Positions 31,691 through 46,599 of a stretch of 64,000 bases of DNA are shown in pieces (within the stretch, counting starts at the first letter, position 1; each line of letters starts with the position of its first letter). This DNA comes from the human T2T-CHM13v2.0 reference genome, Homo sapiens: assembly GCF_009914755.1 (NCBI RefSeq), contig NC_060929.1; one strand, 5' to 3'. The notes beneath the pieces were generated by a model. The model saw only the letters and a program-made list of their open reading frames with translations. It searched no databases and was not told where the DNA came from. Made by a program: the position numbers and the translations under genes.

Positions 31691-34600
31691 ACAATGAGAA
31701 CACTTGGACACAGGGTGGGGAATATCACACACCAGGACCTGTCATGGGGTTGGGAGATGGGGGAGGGATAACATTCGGAGAAATACCTAATGTAAAGGAC
31801 GAGTTAATGGGTGCAGCACACCAACATGGCACGTGTATACATATGTAACAAACCTGCACGTTGTGCACATATACCCTAGAACTTAAAGTATAAAAAAAAA
31901 AAAAAAAAAAAAACAAGAATAGCTACTCCTGCTCCCCTTTGGTGTTCATTTGCATAGGATATCTTTTTCCACCTCTTTACCTTAAGTTTACATGAGTCCT
32001 TAAGTGTTAGGTGAATCTCCTGAAGACAGCAGAAACTTGCTTGGTTAATTCTTGTCCATTCTGCCATTCTGTATTTTTTAAGTGGTGTATTTAGGCCATT
32101 TATATTCAATATTAATATTGAGATGTCAGGTACTATTCTATTCATCACGCTATTTGTTGCCTGAGTACCTTGTTTTTTGTTTTTGGGTTTTTTTTTCCAT
32201 TGTATTATTGTTATGTAGGTCCTGTGAGATTTATGCTTTAAGGAGGTTCTGTTTTGGTGTATTTTGAGGATTTGTTTCAGGATTTAGAGCTCCTTTTAGC
32301 AGTTCTTGTAGTGCTTGCTTGCTGGTGGCAAATTCTCTCAGCATTTGTTTGTCTGGAAAAGACTGTATCTTTCCTTCACTTATGAAGCTTAGTCTCACTA
32401 GTTACAAAATTCTTGGCTGATAATTGTTTTGTTTAAGGGGGCTAAAAGTGGGGGTCCCAATCCCTTCTAGCTTGTAGGATTTCTGCTGAGAAATCTGTTG
32501 TTAATCTGATAGGCTTTCCTTCATAGGTTACCTGATGCTTTTGCTTCACATCTCTTAAGATTCCTACCTTCATCTTGACATTAGATAACCTGATGACTAT
32601 GTGCCTAGGTGATGATCTTCTTGTAATGAATTTCCCAGGTGCTCTTTGAGCTTCTTCTATTTAGATGTCTAGATCTCTAGCAAGGCTGGGGATGTTTTCC
32701 TTGATTATTCCCTCAAATATGTTTTCCAAACTTTTAGATTTCTCTTCTTCCTCAGGAACACCAATTATTCTTAGGTTTGGATATTTAACATAGTCCCAAA
32801 CTTCTTGGAGGCTTCTTTCTTCATTTCATTCTTTTTTCTCTGTCTTTGACGGGTTGGGTTAATTCAAAAGTTTTGTCTTCGAGCTCTGAAGTTCTTTCAT
32901 CTGCTTGTCTGATTCTACAGCTGAGACTTTCCAGTGCATTTGCATTTCTCTAAATGTGTCCTTGATTTCCAGAAGTTGTGATTATTTTTTATTTATGCTG
33001 TCTATTTCACCGAAGATCTTTCCTTTCATGTCCTGTATCATGTTTTTTTTATTTTTTTAGGTTGGATTTCACCTTTCTCTGGTGCCTCCTTGATTAGCTT
33101 AACAATTGACCTTCTGAATTCTTTTTCTGGCAATTCAAATTTTGTCTTGATTTAGACCCATTGCTCATGAGCTGGTGTGATCTTTTGGGGGTGTTAAAGA
33201 ACCTTGTTTTTTCATATTACCAGAGCTGTTTTTCTGGTTCCTTCTCATCTGGGAAGACTATGTCAGAGGGAAGATCCAGGACTCAAGGGCTGCTGTTCAG
33301 ATTCTTTTGTCCCACAGGGTGCTCCCTTGATGTGGTGTTCTCCCTCTTCCCCTAGGAATGGGGGTTCCTGAGAGCCAAGCTGTAGTAATCGTTTTTCCTC
33401 TTCTGGGTCTAGCCACCCAGTGGAGCTACCAAGCTCCCGGCTGGTACTGGGGAGTGTCTGCAAAGAGTCCTGTGATGTGATCTGTCTTCAGGTCTTTCAG
33501 CCGTGGATACCAGCACCTGTTCTGGTGCAGGTAGCAGGGGAATGAAGTGGACTCTGTGAGGGTCCTGGGTTGTATTTTTGTTTAGTGCACTGGTTTTGTG
33601 TTGGTTGGCCTCCAGCCAGGAGGTGGTGCTTTCAAGAGCACATCAGCTATGGTAATATAGGGAGGATGTAGACTTGCCCTAGGGCCACCTATTTGTATTC
33701 AGGTTTCTCAGGTGGTGGGCAGGACCATAGAACTCCCAAGAGATTATGACCTTTGTCTTCCGCTGCCAGGGTGGGTAGAGAAAGACCATCAGGTAAGGGC
33801 AGGGATAGGCTTGTCTGAGCTCAGACTTTCCTTGGGCAGGGCTTGCTGTGGCTGTTGTGGGGGATGGGGGTGTGATTCCTAGGCCAATGGAGTTAGATTC
33901 TCAGGGAATTATGGCTGCCTCTGCTGAGTCATACAGGTTGCCAGGGAAGTAGGGGAAGGCCAGCATCACAGGCCTCACCCTGCTCCCATGCAGCCAACAA
34001 TCCTAAAGGCTGGTCTCATTCCCACTGTGCTTCTACAGTAGCAACGAGTTTATTTCCAGGCAGCCGATGCCCAGGGCTCAGAATTTGCCCCAGACCATAA
34101 GCTTCCCTGCTGAGAAAGCAAGCCTACTCATAGTTTTTCGGTATCTCAGGAAGCCTGCAGCAGTGATCCAGTTCTTTAGATTCTCTCGGCATTCCTGGTA
34201 TGTTCCTGCAGTAGTTCCTGGAGGAAAAGTTCTTGATGTGAGTCTCCACATGCTGCCCTGTCTATCTGAGCAGCAGCTGCAAGCTAGTCCTGCCTCCTAT
34301 CTGTCATCTTCTGCTATCTCCTCTTACTTGCCTGCTTTGGAGGAGCTTGTAAATGCCATTTCTGTCCAGTTTTGCTTTGCAAAGGAAGGTTCCTTAACAC
34401 CTACCCACTTTCCCAGGGACTCCCACATGGGAGCAATACTGCCAAAACAAGCTTTGGCTCCTTCTTTAGACAAACCCTTTACCTTGAAAGACTGATTCTC
34501 ATAGAGGGTCAATAAACCATTTTCTTTCTTCTACAATGAAATAATTTAGTTTCAAATTCTTAGAAAAATCAAGCCAGAATCATGGGCTCCTACAGTCTAT

Positions 34601-35078
34601 GCAAGATGTTTCATCATATTTCTTGCCTTTGGCTGATTTTTTAAAAATCAATAGATCTTTTCTGGCCAAAACAATTCCTTTCACAGTTCTATTTTAGTAA
34701 GAAATTATTTGAATTCTTCCTCATTCTCCGAGTAGAGTTTTAAGTTGAGACTGAGCTGCAGAATTAAAGATGAAATTCCTTACCCACTTTCACTGGGCAG
34801 CCAATCTCACAGGGAGTCAGAGAACCAGCAAGTCAGACAAACCCCTAGATTTCCTGGGACCTGCACTCTGAGGTCGTCAGCCTCTACAGAACAGGGGCTA
34901 TGGACACTAAGGTGATGAGAGCCCTACCATCCCCAGCTTAGGTTGTGCGCCCACTCCGCATCTACTCCCATCACAATAGGGACTTACTGAGATGAGAAGG
35001 GGATAATCTAATGCAGGAGTGGATCCATAGAGCCGTCATCATTTATCTTTGTTTTCAGTGTTTAAAATCACACACACA

Positions 35079-35379
<301 letters not shown>

Positions 35380-36818
35380 TCACACACACAAATACCCACA
35401 CATATGTGATGTTTACTCTGTTGCCAAACACATAGAGCTGTGACTCAGGTTTCATATTTAAGCAGCTGATGTTGGATACTATCGCATTTCATGGTTAACC
35501 ATGTTTTGTAGAGTTGCCAATTGTTTTCCCCCTTCTGAGACGACAGGACACTAATTTGGTGTGGCACATGGGTTGGGCATGGAGTGTGGAAGGATGCCTC
35601 TTCCTCACTGCTACATTAATATAAACACCTTTTAATGCTGTTAGTGAAATGGTTTATACCTACGAAGAGACCACATTTCTGAATAGCATAAAGGTCAGGG
35701 TCTTCATTTCCCTTACAAGAGCCTGTCAGAGAAAGAGACAAGAATGGTATTGCCTATCAATGCTAGGGTTTTGGTGCAGAGGCTACTGTTACATTAAATG
35801 TATATTATGTATAAAGATTTCAATTTCTAGACTGTTTTTAAACTGTCATTTGCTCTTCATCATAAAAGACAGTAACTACCTGGGTGATGATTATAAGCAG
35901 AGCCCTAGTCCTTACCTCACTTTCCCAGTTACTAACTGTGCTCTTCCAGAAAGCCAGAGAGGGACTGTGGCTCGCTTATCTCATGCTTGCAGCAGCCTAG
36001 AGAGAGCCCAGCATGGCTGAGACAGATGTTCTCTGTTTGCCCTCCAAATCTGCTCTCCACCCTTCTCCACCCTTTGCACCCTGCTCCGCATCATGAGGGT
36101 GTCCTTTTCTTCAGCTTCTGATTTGATTTTGCCAGTGGAAAGTACCAGCAGGAGATTGAAGGGACCGAGGAAGGAGAGATCAGGGCCACTTTCTGCCAGG
36201 TTTTGGTTTGGCAGTGGCCACACTCCCCTGCTGAAGGCCACAATGATCAGCAAGCAGCCTCTCCTTCACCTGAAGCTCTCACTCAGCCTCCCTGGGAATT
36301 GTATCTTTCCTTTCCCCTCAGGCCTAGGGTATAAAGACTCCTTCTCTCTGTATGCCTCTTCATCCTTTGTCAATGTCTTTTCATCATGCCCTGCTTTTAT
36401 AGATACTCTCCATTCAACTCTGTTCATTCACCCCTTTAAACAAATGCTTTTTCATGTGTTTTATGATAGGACCCTTATCAATGAGGATGCTGGTAAAGGT
36501 TTATGACAATGCATAGAATTTTCTTCAACATGATATAATTCAGGAAAACACCTAAGTGACAACTCAGAGATGAAAGCTGTCAAAGTCTTTTCAGGACCAT
36601 GACTCTTGAAAAGGAGACTTCACCTTGAATCCCAGCTCTGCAATTTGCTAGCTTGTGATAGCTTGTAGGATAAGGCATCCATGAGTCCCCTAACCCCATC
36701 CCAGATGGTTACTCTTGGCCAAGCAAACAATACTAGTCACTCACCCTGCAGTATTAGAGAAACTCCTTGAGGCTAGAAGACTCTACAGTCAGTCCTGGAT
36801 TCTGGTAGTTCCCATTTT

Positions 36819-36938
36819 TACACACACACACACACACACACATACACATATTCATACATATATCCCCTCTTACATACACTCACACACGTAAACACATATA
36901 CACATTCACATATATTCACTCATACACACTTTCACACT
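36819..36938. repeat. (CA)n microsatellite with degenerate CA-rich extension
   Basis: Pure ACACAC run followed by CATA/CACT variants. Confidence 0.9.
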
Positions 36939-37689
36939 TTTCCTCCAAGATGTCTCAGGAAGACACAATCAAGAGGGATTTACAGCCTCAGCTAACTGTT
37001 ACACTCAAACACACCCCTGCTTACACTCATGATCTTCCCCAGCCTCAAGGGTTGAGAAAGCGTAGCGCACCACCACGTTTCCTGCTGCAATACAAATAAT
37101 ATTTACTTCAGACAATAATCCCACCCAGGTGCTGTCTTCATTGAAATTATTTCAAAATACGTAAGTTATGAAACTTTAAATTATTGTGTTTTATAAGTTT
37201 CTGTCTTGTTTCATGGAACAAAAATATAACTGTATCCACACAATTTCAAGTAGCTGGACAAATTTTTTTTTAACGGTAAATCTTTCTAATATTTTGCAAC
37301 TCATCTATTGTTCAATCCTATCAGGATTTCACTCTGTCTCTTTATGAGAGGATAAAGTGATGTAGTCTCTATGTCACTGCACACTCAGATCAGGGCAGCT
37401 CAGAGAGTATCCTGAAATGAGTACATTTGCCCGTCAAGTTACTTGAACTTTAGTGAAAGGAGAGGAAGAGCAATCAGTGCCCAAAGGCAGTTACTCTATT
37501 TCTGATCCTGTTTCTCATGGCTACAAAAACTGGGTTTGCATTTGCCTGGCACTTTACAGTTTATAGAATATTAACAAATGCTGGGGAATCTTGGTGTTGG
37601 AATTTAACAGTGAGTGTGGATGATTAGAACAGCATCCTGGAAATTGGTAACATGCCCCAATTTACAGTTTTCCCTTGGATTTTCCAACA

Positions 37690-37855
37690 GCCTTGTGCTT
37701 CTTTATTTTCATGTCTGGACAAAGCTCTGGATAAAGGGACAGTTATGACCTGCTAGTAGCCAACACTGAGGGCAGTAGGATGAGGGAGGGGGTGCAGTGA
37801 CGGCTCCAGCCAGCAAAGGGGTTCTGAGTGGGCACCCACAGCATCTACTATGCAG
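37690..37855. mobile_element. LTR16-like ERVL LTR fragment
   Basis: GGATAAAGGGACAGTT...GGGGTTCTGAGTGGGCACCCACAGCATCTACTA. Confidence 0.5.
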
Positions 37856-38234
37856 AGTATTTGCAAATTTGGGAGTCATCAAGTTCTTAATTTTTGTCTC
37901 TTGCATGTGTGAAGAAATGTCTTGTAGTTTCCAAACTGTGCTTCCAAAGTCCACCAGGAAGCTGGGGCTGGGATAAGCAAGCAGAACTTTAGCCCCTGCC
38001 TCTCATTTCCTTTTTATTTATTTTACACGTTGGATTTCTAGGTAAGATTACAACTGAACAAAGAGTCACCTCATTCTTTAAAAAATGAAAAATACTGATG
38101 CACTTTGAAATATAAATGTCCTTGATGGCAGGGTCCTTGTCTATCTTGTTCACTGAGAGACCCCAAAGGCTGCAGAACAATGAGCAAAATTCAATCCTTT
38201 CATAAATAACTTGAAAAAAAAAGAAAATATATTA

Positions 38235-38400
38235 ACCAGTTTAATCCTCATGACAACCTTATAAGGAAGACAAAGCAGGTATTTTCTCCCATACTTACAC
38301 AGGAGAAAACTCAGTTTCAGACACTTGTCCAAGCTCACACAGGTCACTTGCACTGATCTGAGTTAAGTAGCAGTGGTATATTGGAAGAACATATGCCTGG
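38235..38400 (-). mobile_element. MIR
   Basis: TTTAATCCTCATGACAACCTTATAAGG...CCCATACTTACACAGGAGAAAACTCAG...ACTTGTCCAAGCTCACAC. Confidence 0.7.
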
Positions 38401-41400
38401 GCATGGGGCTGGGATGTGTTCACATCCCTTCTTCCCACCTGTGTTAAAAGGTGCCCATAAATAAATAAATAGGAGAAATGACTTGGAAAATTTGAGAGCT
38501 TCATGCTTTGGACAATCAACAAATCTGAAGTTAACTTTGTGGAAAATTCATATAAAATTCCTCGTTAGACCTGAGGGTACTCTCATAGACCAGTATGTCA
38601 GGACAGTTGTCATTCCCTTCCCCTCCTTCACTGGGTCTGGAACACAGGTTTTCCAGCCCTAAGTATGATGCTATGGCCTCTTTTACCAGACCCTTTGGTC
38701 TAATGGATTTATTTCCTCCCATACCCTTTCCTCTGCCCCCAGATTCCCAAACATTCAAGATTCAGTGAGTGTCCCCAGTGAGGAGAGCTGAGCCAACTAC
38801 CTGTGCCCTTGGACTTGAACAGTTTCTGTTTCCTCTGAGGAGTCAGCCTTCCTCTTCCGGGGGCCACAGAGAAGAAGGAGGAAGCAGAGCCCTGGGGTTA
38901 GAGCTTGACCCCAAGCTAAAAACAGGAAATTGATTAAGCAGAGGACTCAGTCTGCAGAGGGGTCAAAAACCAGGAGTTGGTTCAGGGAAAGCAACCTTGG
39001 TGACCAGACTAGCAAGCTTAAAAGTCATTCCTGTGGAGGCCTGAGCCACCTGTCTCCTCTGTAATACAGAAGGTAATTGGAAGACTACTCACTCCTAAAG
39101 CACATGGATGCCCACTTGGTGTGTGATTTCAGAGGAATCCTAAAACTTTCCCAGCCTGAAGCCCCACCAATTACAAGTTCTTTTGGGGTTGGTGACTTTC
39201 CTTTAAAAAATCTATTATTAAAAGGGAGAAATAAATAAACAATTACATGGCATTACATTAGCAAAAAGTAGGCTTTCAACCTATGAGGTAAGGCAAATAG
39301 GAAAATCAGAACTTTTTTTGTTTTGCTCAAGAAAAAAGGAAAAGAAAAGAGTGTTTGTCCAATTGGCAATCTCATGTGCTCAAATTTAACATAAAAACAA
39401 TGATAAAGAGAACAGGAAAATTCTTGAAGCCCTCCATAATTTGAGGTCTTTTACTGTTTACACCATAGAGGAAAAGAAAGCACAACAAACACAAAACCAG
39501 ACAGTCAGATAAAGCAGCCTGGTCAGCATTATGTCGTTTGTCATAATGTCATATTGCTTCCTTTCTAGCAGCGAGCTGAGACCTACTACATATAGGGATC
39601 ATGAATGAGATAAGAAAAGAGGCCATTGTGAAATAGTGGTTCAGTAAATGTGTCTCCCAGTTCATCCAGGATAATCAGGACTTCAAGTGTTCTGTTAGTG
39701 GACACCATACGTGCACTGAATCTGATCAACGCATGTGCTTTCATTTTCAGCTAAGAAAGCAAGTTCATGATAAATAGCCTTGGAAGGGCAATGCTTTTAT
39801 TTCAAGCAGGAAAACCATTTACTCTGCTTGTTACTAGCTGAATAACTTTGTGAAGCTCATTTAAAATCTCTGAGCAACAATTTCCTTATAAGCAAATGGG
39901 ATAATGACAGCTGACTAAGAGGGTGGTGAGGAATTAAAAAAAAAAGTTAGATAACTTGTCTAAGGCTGCTACTAAAATGTCTGAGACTTTAATAGACCTT
40001 CAACAAATGATAGTTTTTATTATCTGAGCATTCAGAGAGCAACCCATAAGCATGTGACACCATCTTTAGGAAAGAGTTTTACTGAGGTGAGTTGTATACA
40101 TGCATGCAGAAAGGCTTACAGGCAGGTAAGCCCCCTGCACTGTCCCGGGGAAGTTCAGGTGACAAGGCCAGGAGTGCTGGGAAAAGTGAGAAAAGAGGAC
40201 TCCTTCAGCACAGGTTTATGAAACTCCAAATAATGGAAGGATCTGGCTCTCAATGGCTAGAAGAATCCATCGGGGTGAAGTCCAGAGCGCCATACCCTCC
40301 TTCCTCCCCAACCTACACCCTAAGCATCTGTGCCTCCCATTTCAGGGGTACAGAGCCTGTAGGGACCTCAGGTAAAGGCCAGGTGCATTAGAGGATAGAA
40401 GAAGAAGGAAATGGGTAATGAGTGCTTTGGAGACATTTGTAACAAGAGCTCAGAACAGGGGCTCAACTACAGAAAAAAGAGGCAGCTCTCACTCCACCAA
40501 CTAAAGTCAAAAAGGTAATCATCCTAGGCAATGTAGTCAGACTTGTCCACGCTCTGCCTCAGACACATATTCATCTACATATGCAGTGTCCAGGCTCAAC
40601 CTCCAAGTTTACAGGAAATCCTGATCTCCCTTCTCTCCATGATTTAATCTTTCCCTAACCCAGGTTTAATTCCTCCTTCTTCCCTTTGTCTAGAATCAGG
40701 AAATACCAGGACCTCGGTGTGGTGAGGGGCCTTAGATGTGACTGACCTTCACCTTGTAAAGCAGTCACTGGTACTCTAAAAGGTTAGGAGACTTGCCCCC
40801 ATTACACACCTAAGCGATGGCACAGTCCAGACCTGAATACAGAATTTTATTCTACTTTATTATGCTGCATGTGGGTACTTATACTACAATCCCTGGGTAA
40901 AGTGGTCATTCTTAAAGTGAACTAACTTTCAAGACTGAAATTGAACATGCCTGGGCTCAAATCCAGGCTCTAATAGCTGAATGATCTTGGGCAAGCAACT
41001 GAACTTTACAGAACCTCAGCTTCATGGTTCACCAATTAAAATAATACTCTACATCAGTTACCTTGAGGATGAAAAGAGATAGCATGCAACATAGTGTGTG
41101 CCTCCAACACCACAGGTGCTCAATGTTGCTTAATATTGTCATTAATTAAGCTGTGATCAGTCACTGAACTTCAGACTGCTGCAAAGGGCTAAAGTGTCCA
41201 GAAGGCTTGAGAAAGAAGAGCCTTCTGAGGAGGAGAAAGTGGAGATTGGTTAGCTTTGTGTATTTGGTAATTCAGAGGCCTGCTAAACTCAAGAGCATAT
41301 GGAGGGGTCTGGGACAAAGACCAGAGGGAAACAGAGAGCTCAAACCTTTGAGTCCCTCTTGGCTGTTTTATCAAGTTCTCTTTAAAGCAAGTGACCTTCT

Positions 41401-42163
41401 AACCATTGAGGACTCAAAGCCAGTAGGAAGAGCACAGAAAGTGAAAGGCATCAGAGTTGTCCTTGGGATGAAAGCAGAATCTCTGTGATGGTAGTGTTCT
41501 TGCTGGGGCAGTCATATCAGTAATATCCCTGAAAATCCTCGTACTATGACTCTAAACTTAAAAAAATAAAATAGAGACAAAAAAAGGAAGGGACGAGCAA
41601 GAAAGCTAACCCTGAAAATTTTTCAGTATCAAATTATAGCAACAGACCTTTTGTCCACCGTAGAGTTAAGAAAACTAAACAAACACTACGGTTACACAGA
41701 AACCAGATGTCTCTGCTACACTGACAGGTTGCATGCTGGAATTCCAGATGCTATTCTGTTGACCAAGATACATATTCACACATTTTTTGAATTATTGTAA
41801 TCCTAAAGTGAATTGCCCAAAATGCAAAAAGAACTCCCTTTGGGGTGTTTTTTTAAAAAGGTGAGTTAGGAGAAAAAAGTTACCAATTTTATTTTAAGAA
41901 CTAAAGCCAGCTACTTAAGAGTCTGAGTGTTAGGATCTGAAAAAGATAAGCTGGCTTCACTATAAAAATTGTGAATTCAGCATTTAGCTTTTTCAATGAA
42001 AAAGAAGAAAAGACTAGGAAAAAGAAGAGAATGTTTGTCCTGATATTTAGCTCTTCTCTAGGTATAGGCCACATCTTAAATCATTAGATGTCAAAAACGA
42101 AAAAGCATTTTGTAGGCCTGTGCTCAGGAAAGTGTATCAATAAGTCTATTTTCTGCTCATGCA

Positions 42164-42175
42164 TGTGTGTGTGTG

Positions 42176-42210
<35 letters not shown>
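42164..42210. repeat. (TG)n microsatellite with GCG interruption
   Basis: Directly visible. Confidence 0.95.
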
Positions 42211-44019
42211 TTAGGTGGGATTTGGAGTGGATTTCCATTTCCATGGGGATGGTGGGTAGTCTGGAAAGCAGAAAATCTAAAATTCTCTGTCTTGGAACTT
42301 AAAGTAAAGCTTCCTGGTGACCTACTGCCAAGCTGATGATCAGGCCTCAGCACAGGCAGGAACAGCAGACAGTCCAGCTCTGACCTCACAAAGGGAAACT
42401 TCAGTCTATAAATGCTAATCAAACATATCGCCCTGCAGGATCCACTTGTAAGAGAATTGCCTCTAGAGTGGACTTTGCTATGAACTCGTCTCTGAGGCTG
42501 TTTTATGATCTTTATGATAGTCAGGCATTGGGAGGGTGATCATTTTAGGTTACCAGGGCCCTAGCCTTGATTTGCACCATATGACCCAGGCAGATTTCCA
42601 AGAGAAAGAATCTGCAAGCCAAACCAGTGGATCTTAATCTAGAGTCTTCAGACACTCAAGGTGTCCTTGAAAGTAACAATAAAAGTCTGAGAAGTTTCTT
42701 TAAGATAGTGTTTTCTAAAAAGCATATCTTCATTTGCTCACTATAATGCTGCAAATGCTTGCTAGATCCCCAAGTTTCTATGCTTTTAGCTAAAATTATG
42801 TCATTCATTTTAGAAACAAGAGTAATTAGTCATTGACCACAAAATTCAATATGTGAAAAATCTAAGCATAAATTAGACTGGTTCCTTATATGATAGAAGT
42901 ATTTTCTACTTCACTAAAATATTTGCAGTGTTTACATATTAGCATTTTCTTATATTTTTTACCTTAACTTTTTAATATATATTGAGTCACTATAAGCTTA
43001 TAGTTATAATTCTGCCAATTTCCTTGAGAATTGTGTTTTCAGTTAAGTTCCCAAACAAACAAGTGTTTTAACAGACACTTGGGCTAAGAGATTGGCTAGT
43101 AGTTCTTTTTGTAAGTTGAGAATTTTAATGAGGTTAAAATATAAATTTAAAACTGTTTCATCTCTGCATGAATAAATGGACTTACTCTTCCACCATTTTA
43201 TAGTGATGGTAAACAATGATAGCATGTTGATTTATTCAGAATTTGTAGTGTAAATTTCTACTGCGTAAAGTATACACACAATTTGTAAAAATTAAGGATA
43301 AAGAGGACTAATGGAGTAGCCATCTTCCTTCCCCTCCTCCTATATGCCCAAAGTAATTTAGAGTTGATTTGAAGCCACTTCTCTAGCAATTGGACTTGCA
43401 TAGAATCGTGGGGGTTCACACATCACCAGCCCAGGAAACTTCAGGCTGTCCTTTGTTACTCTGTTTACTGAAATTGACATATCAGCAAGTTCAAAATTAT
43501 CCTGAATAGTAGTTTTGGCATGTTCTACCTCTGGACCAGTGATAACTGTAGTCAGTGTATAATCCTTCCTGTTCAAATGGCCACACAGATTTCCTTAATG
43601 GCTTGACCTGCCAAGAGCTGGAGGCCTTAATCATCCCAGGAAAGAGGATGCCAAATACGGAGGATTTTAATTACTCTCATTTTCTTGGAGGAAAATCTCT
43701 TACAATCTTTGAAATATATTGCTTAGAACATTCCATATCTGAAAAGTAATGTTTTCTGTTAGCATCTATTGTGCAATTGGCTATAATGTGTTTACTTAAG
43801 AAAATATGGAGATGGCTTTTAACTAATTCAAAAACACAGTAAGACAGGGTATGTACACAATATTACATTTACTTAGTATGACAGTAAAGAATCCTTGTTC
43901 CCTTTTCTGGGACTTTGAGTTTAGCTCAACAAGATGGTTGCTACATAACTGTTTGAAATATTGATGCCATATAATTTTTAAAAATAGTTTTAAAGGGTGA
44001 TTTGTTTTGTATTTCCTTG

Positions 44020-44390
44020 AACTCAAACCCTGAGACAAGGACTAGGTGCAAGCAGTTTATTTAAAAAGATCTACTAGGGAACCAGGTCAAGGGAGCTTGG
44101 AGAGGGACATGAGGAAGCAGGGAGAGCTCATGTAAGGATGCATTACTGAGGTCCCTGCCATCAGCAATGGAGATTCAATTCTGCTGGGACTTCTGAGTGG
44201 TGTACAGACTTTCTCTGAATGGTTCACCTGAAAGATGGAAGGCGGAGCAAATACTCCAACACCATTCTCCCAAGGGTTGGTCTCAAGGGCTTTAACCCCT
44301 GGCACTTCTGATCTGCTCTTGCACAAGCCAAAGATGTTCCCAGGGCCTGGGAGATGGCCTGGGGCAGAATGTGGAAAGACAAAAAGCAGG
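44020..44390. mobile_element. LTR33/LTR16-like ERVL LTR
   Basis: AAACCCTGAGACAAGGACTAGGTGCAAGCAGTTTATTT...CAATTCTGCTGGGAC. Confidence 0.6.
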
Positions 44391-44394
44391 AGCC

Positions 44395-45260
44395 TCTTTT
44401 ATTTTATATTTTATTTTGTGATAAGAGCATTTAGGATCTATGCTCTTAGAAAATTAGGTATTCAATACAGTATCTTTAACTACAGGTGCTATGCTGTACA
44501 GTAGGTCTCTAGGACTTATTTATCTTATATAACTGAAATTGTGTGCCCTTTGACCAACATCTTCCCTCTAGCGGACAGCTTGACTGCAAACTCATGACAG
44601 AATGTGGCCAAAACTACCCAGCTAAGCCACTCAGGTATTCCTGACACTGAGAAACTATAGGATATAATAGATTTTTTGTTGTTTTACGCTGTTGAGGGTA
44701 ATTTATTTTGCAGCAATTGATAACCAATAGACTGTCCATATAAAGTAGAATATTGTGTGGTAATAAAATATCAGATTTTCAAAGAATTTTTGAGGATATG
44801 AAAAAGTGATGAGTATACAACATTAAGTGAAAACAGCAGGAAGCAGAACTATGTAGTGCGTGTTAATCACATCTGTTATTTTCTTCTGATCAGCAGATGT
44901 CTTTCCCCTCCTTCTTCTGCTAATAGAACTTCCCTTTCCTATGGGAAAAACATCTCACGTGTTTCAAGTGGTGCTTTGACTCCAACCCACATAGGTCAAA
45001 AACGTTAATTAGATTAAATTAAGGTAACTCATTTCCTTGGTACATCATGAAAGACAGGCTAATGAAAACAAGTCCTGGACCTTTTCTTCCTAGAACTTGG
45101 TTAAGGAAAAGAAAGGCCTTAACTCCCAAATAAAGATGGTGAAGATATCAGACACCCTAGGTTGAGTAGTTATTAAAGTCAGAACCAGCTTTAGACTTCT
45201 CAGTCATAAGCCAATAAACTCTGTTTGCTTAAGCTAATTGGGCTTGGGGTTCTGCCTGAA
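44395..45260. mobile_element. Cluster of fragments: L1MA 3' end (-), MLT1 LTR pieces, L1ME 3' piece
   Basis: ATGCTGTACAGTAGGTCTCTAGGACTTATT (L1MA); CCCAGCTAAGCCACTC and GCCAATAAACTCTGTTTGCTTAAGC (MLT1). Confidence 0.6.
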
Positions 45261-45479
45261 TACAAATACAATATACAATATCATCCCATAATTGTATATA
45301 AAATGAATAAATAAAATTATTCACAAAGAATAATTTGGGGTAAATCTACCAAACGTTATCACTAGTTCTAGCTAGATTTCATATTATTGAACTTGCCATA
45401 TCAGAAATTTTTAAAACAAAACTTCTTAGCCCTCACAGTTGGAAGCTTTGACTCAGTAGTTCTGGATTACAGACTAGAT

Positions 45480-46540
45480 CTTTTATTGAATATTTCTATG
45501 TGTTTGTGAGTTTTCCAAAATTTCTCTTGATTTCTAGTTTTATATCATTCTGTTCAAAAAAGATATTTGATATGATTTCAATCTTCTTAAATTTGTTAAG
45601 ACATATTTTGTGGCATATATGATTACATATTATCTGTCCTGGAGAATGTTCCTTTTGTGCTTAAGAAGAATGTGTATTCTGCAGCTATTGCAAGGAATGT
45701 CCTGTGTATGTCTGTTAGGTCCATTTGGTCTAAGGTATAGTCTAAGGCTAGTGTTTCCTTATTGATTTTTCTATGTGGATGATCTGTCCATTGCTAAAAG
45801 TTAAGTATAGCAATCTCTTACTGTTATTGTGTTATAGTCTAATCTCTTCCTTCAGATCTATTACTATTTGCTGTATATATTTAGGTACTTTTGTGTGGGC
45901 ATGTATATATTTACATTCGTTATGTCCTTTGGCTAAATTAACCTCTTATCATTACATAATGACCTTCTTTGTTTCATTTTACACTTTTTGACTTAAAATT
46001 TATTTTACCTGTTCTAAGTATAGCTATTCCTGCTTTCTCTTGGTTTCCATTTATATCACTTTCATTCTATGTGTTGTATTCTTACAGATGAAGTGAGTCT
46101 CTTGTAGGCAGGTTATGATTGGGTGTTTTTTTTTATTCATTCAGCCACTCTATGACTTTTGATGGAAGAATTTAATTCTTTTAAACTCAAGATAATTATT
46201 GATAGATAAGGATTTGCTATTGCCATTTTTTAAATAGTTTTCTGATTGTTTTGTAGAACCTTTGTTTTTTTCTTCTCTTGTTGGTCTTTCTTTGTGATTA
46301 AGAAATTTCCTCCAGTGTTATGCTTATATGTTTTGATTTCTTTTTTAAAAAAATCCTTTTTTACTTACTATAGGTTTTTGCTTTGTGGTTACCATGAGCA
46401 CCATGAGGCTTACAAAAAAATCTTATAATGGTGATAAGCTGATAACTTGACTTTGATAGCATTAAAAAAACTCTACACTTCTACTCCACCTCTCCCTACA
46501 TTTATAATATTTGATGTCACAATTTCCCAGTTTTTATTCA
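45480..46540 (-). mobile_element. L1M endonuclease-region fragment
   Basis: CTGGAGAATGTTCC...GAAGAATGTGTATTCTGCAGC...GATGATCTGTCCATTGCT antisense ORF2 motifs. Confidence 0.8.
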
Positions 46541-46599
46541 TGAGGTAAATTTCAGCCACCTCTTTTAAAATGGGAAAAGAAGAGAAGAAGTATAAAACC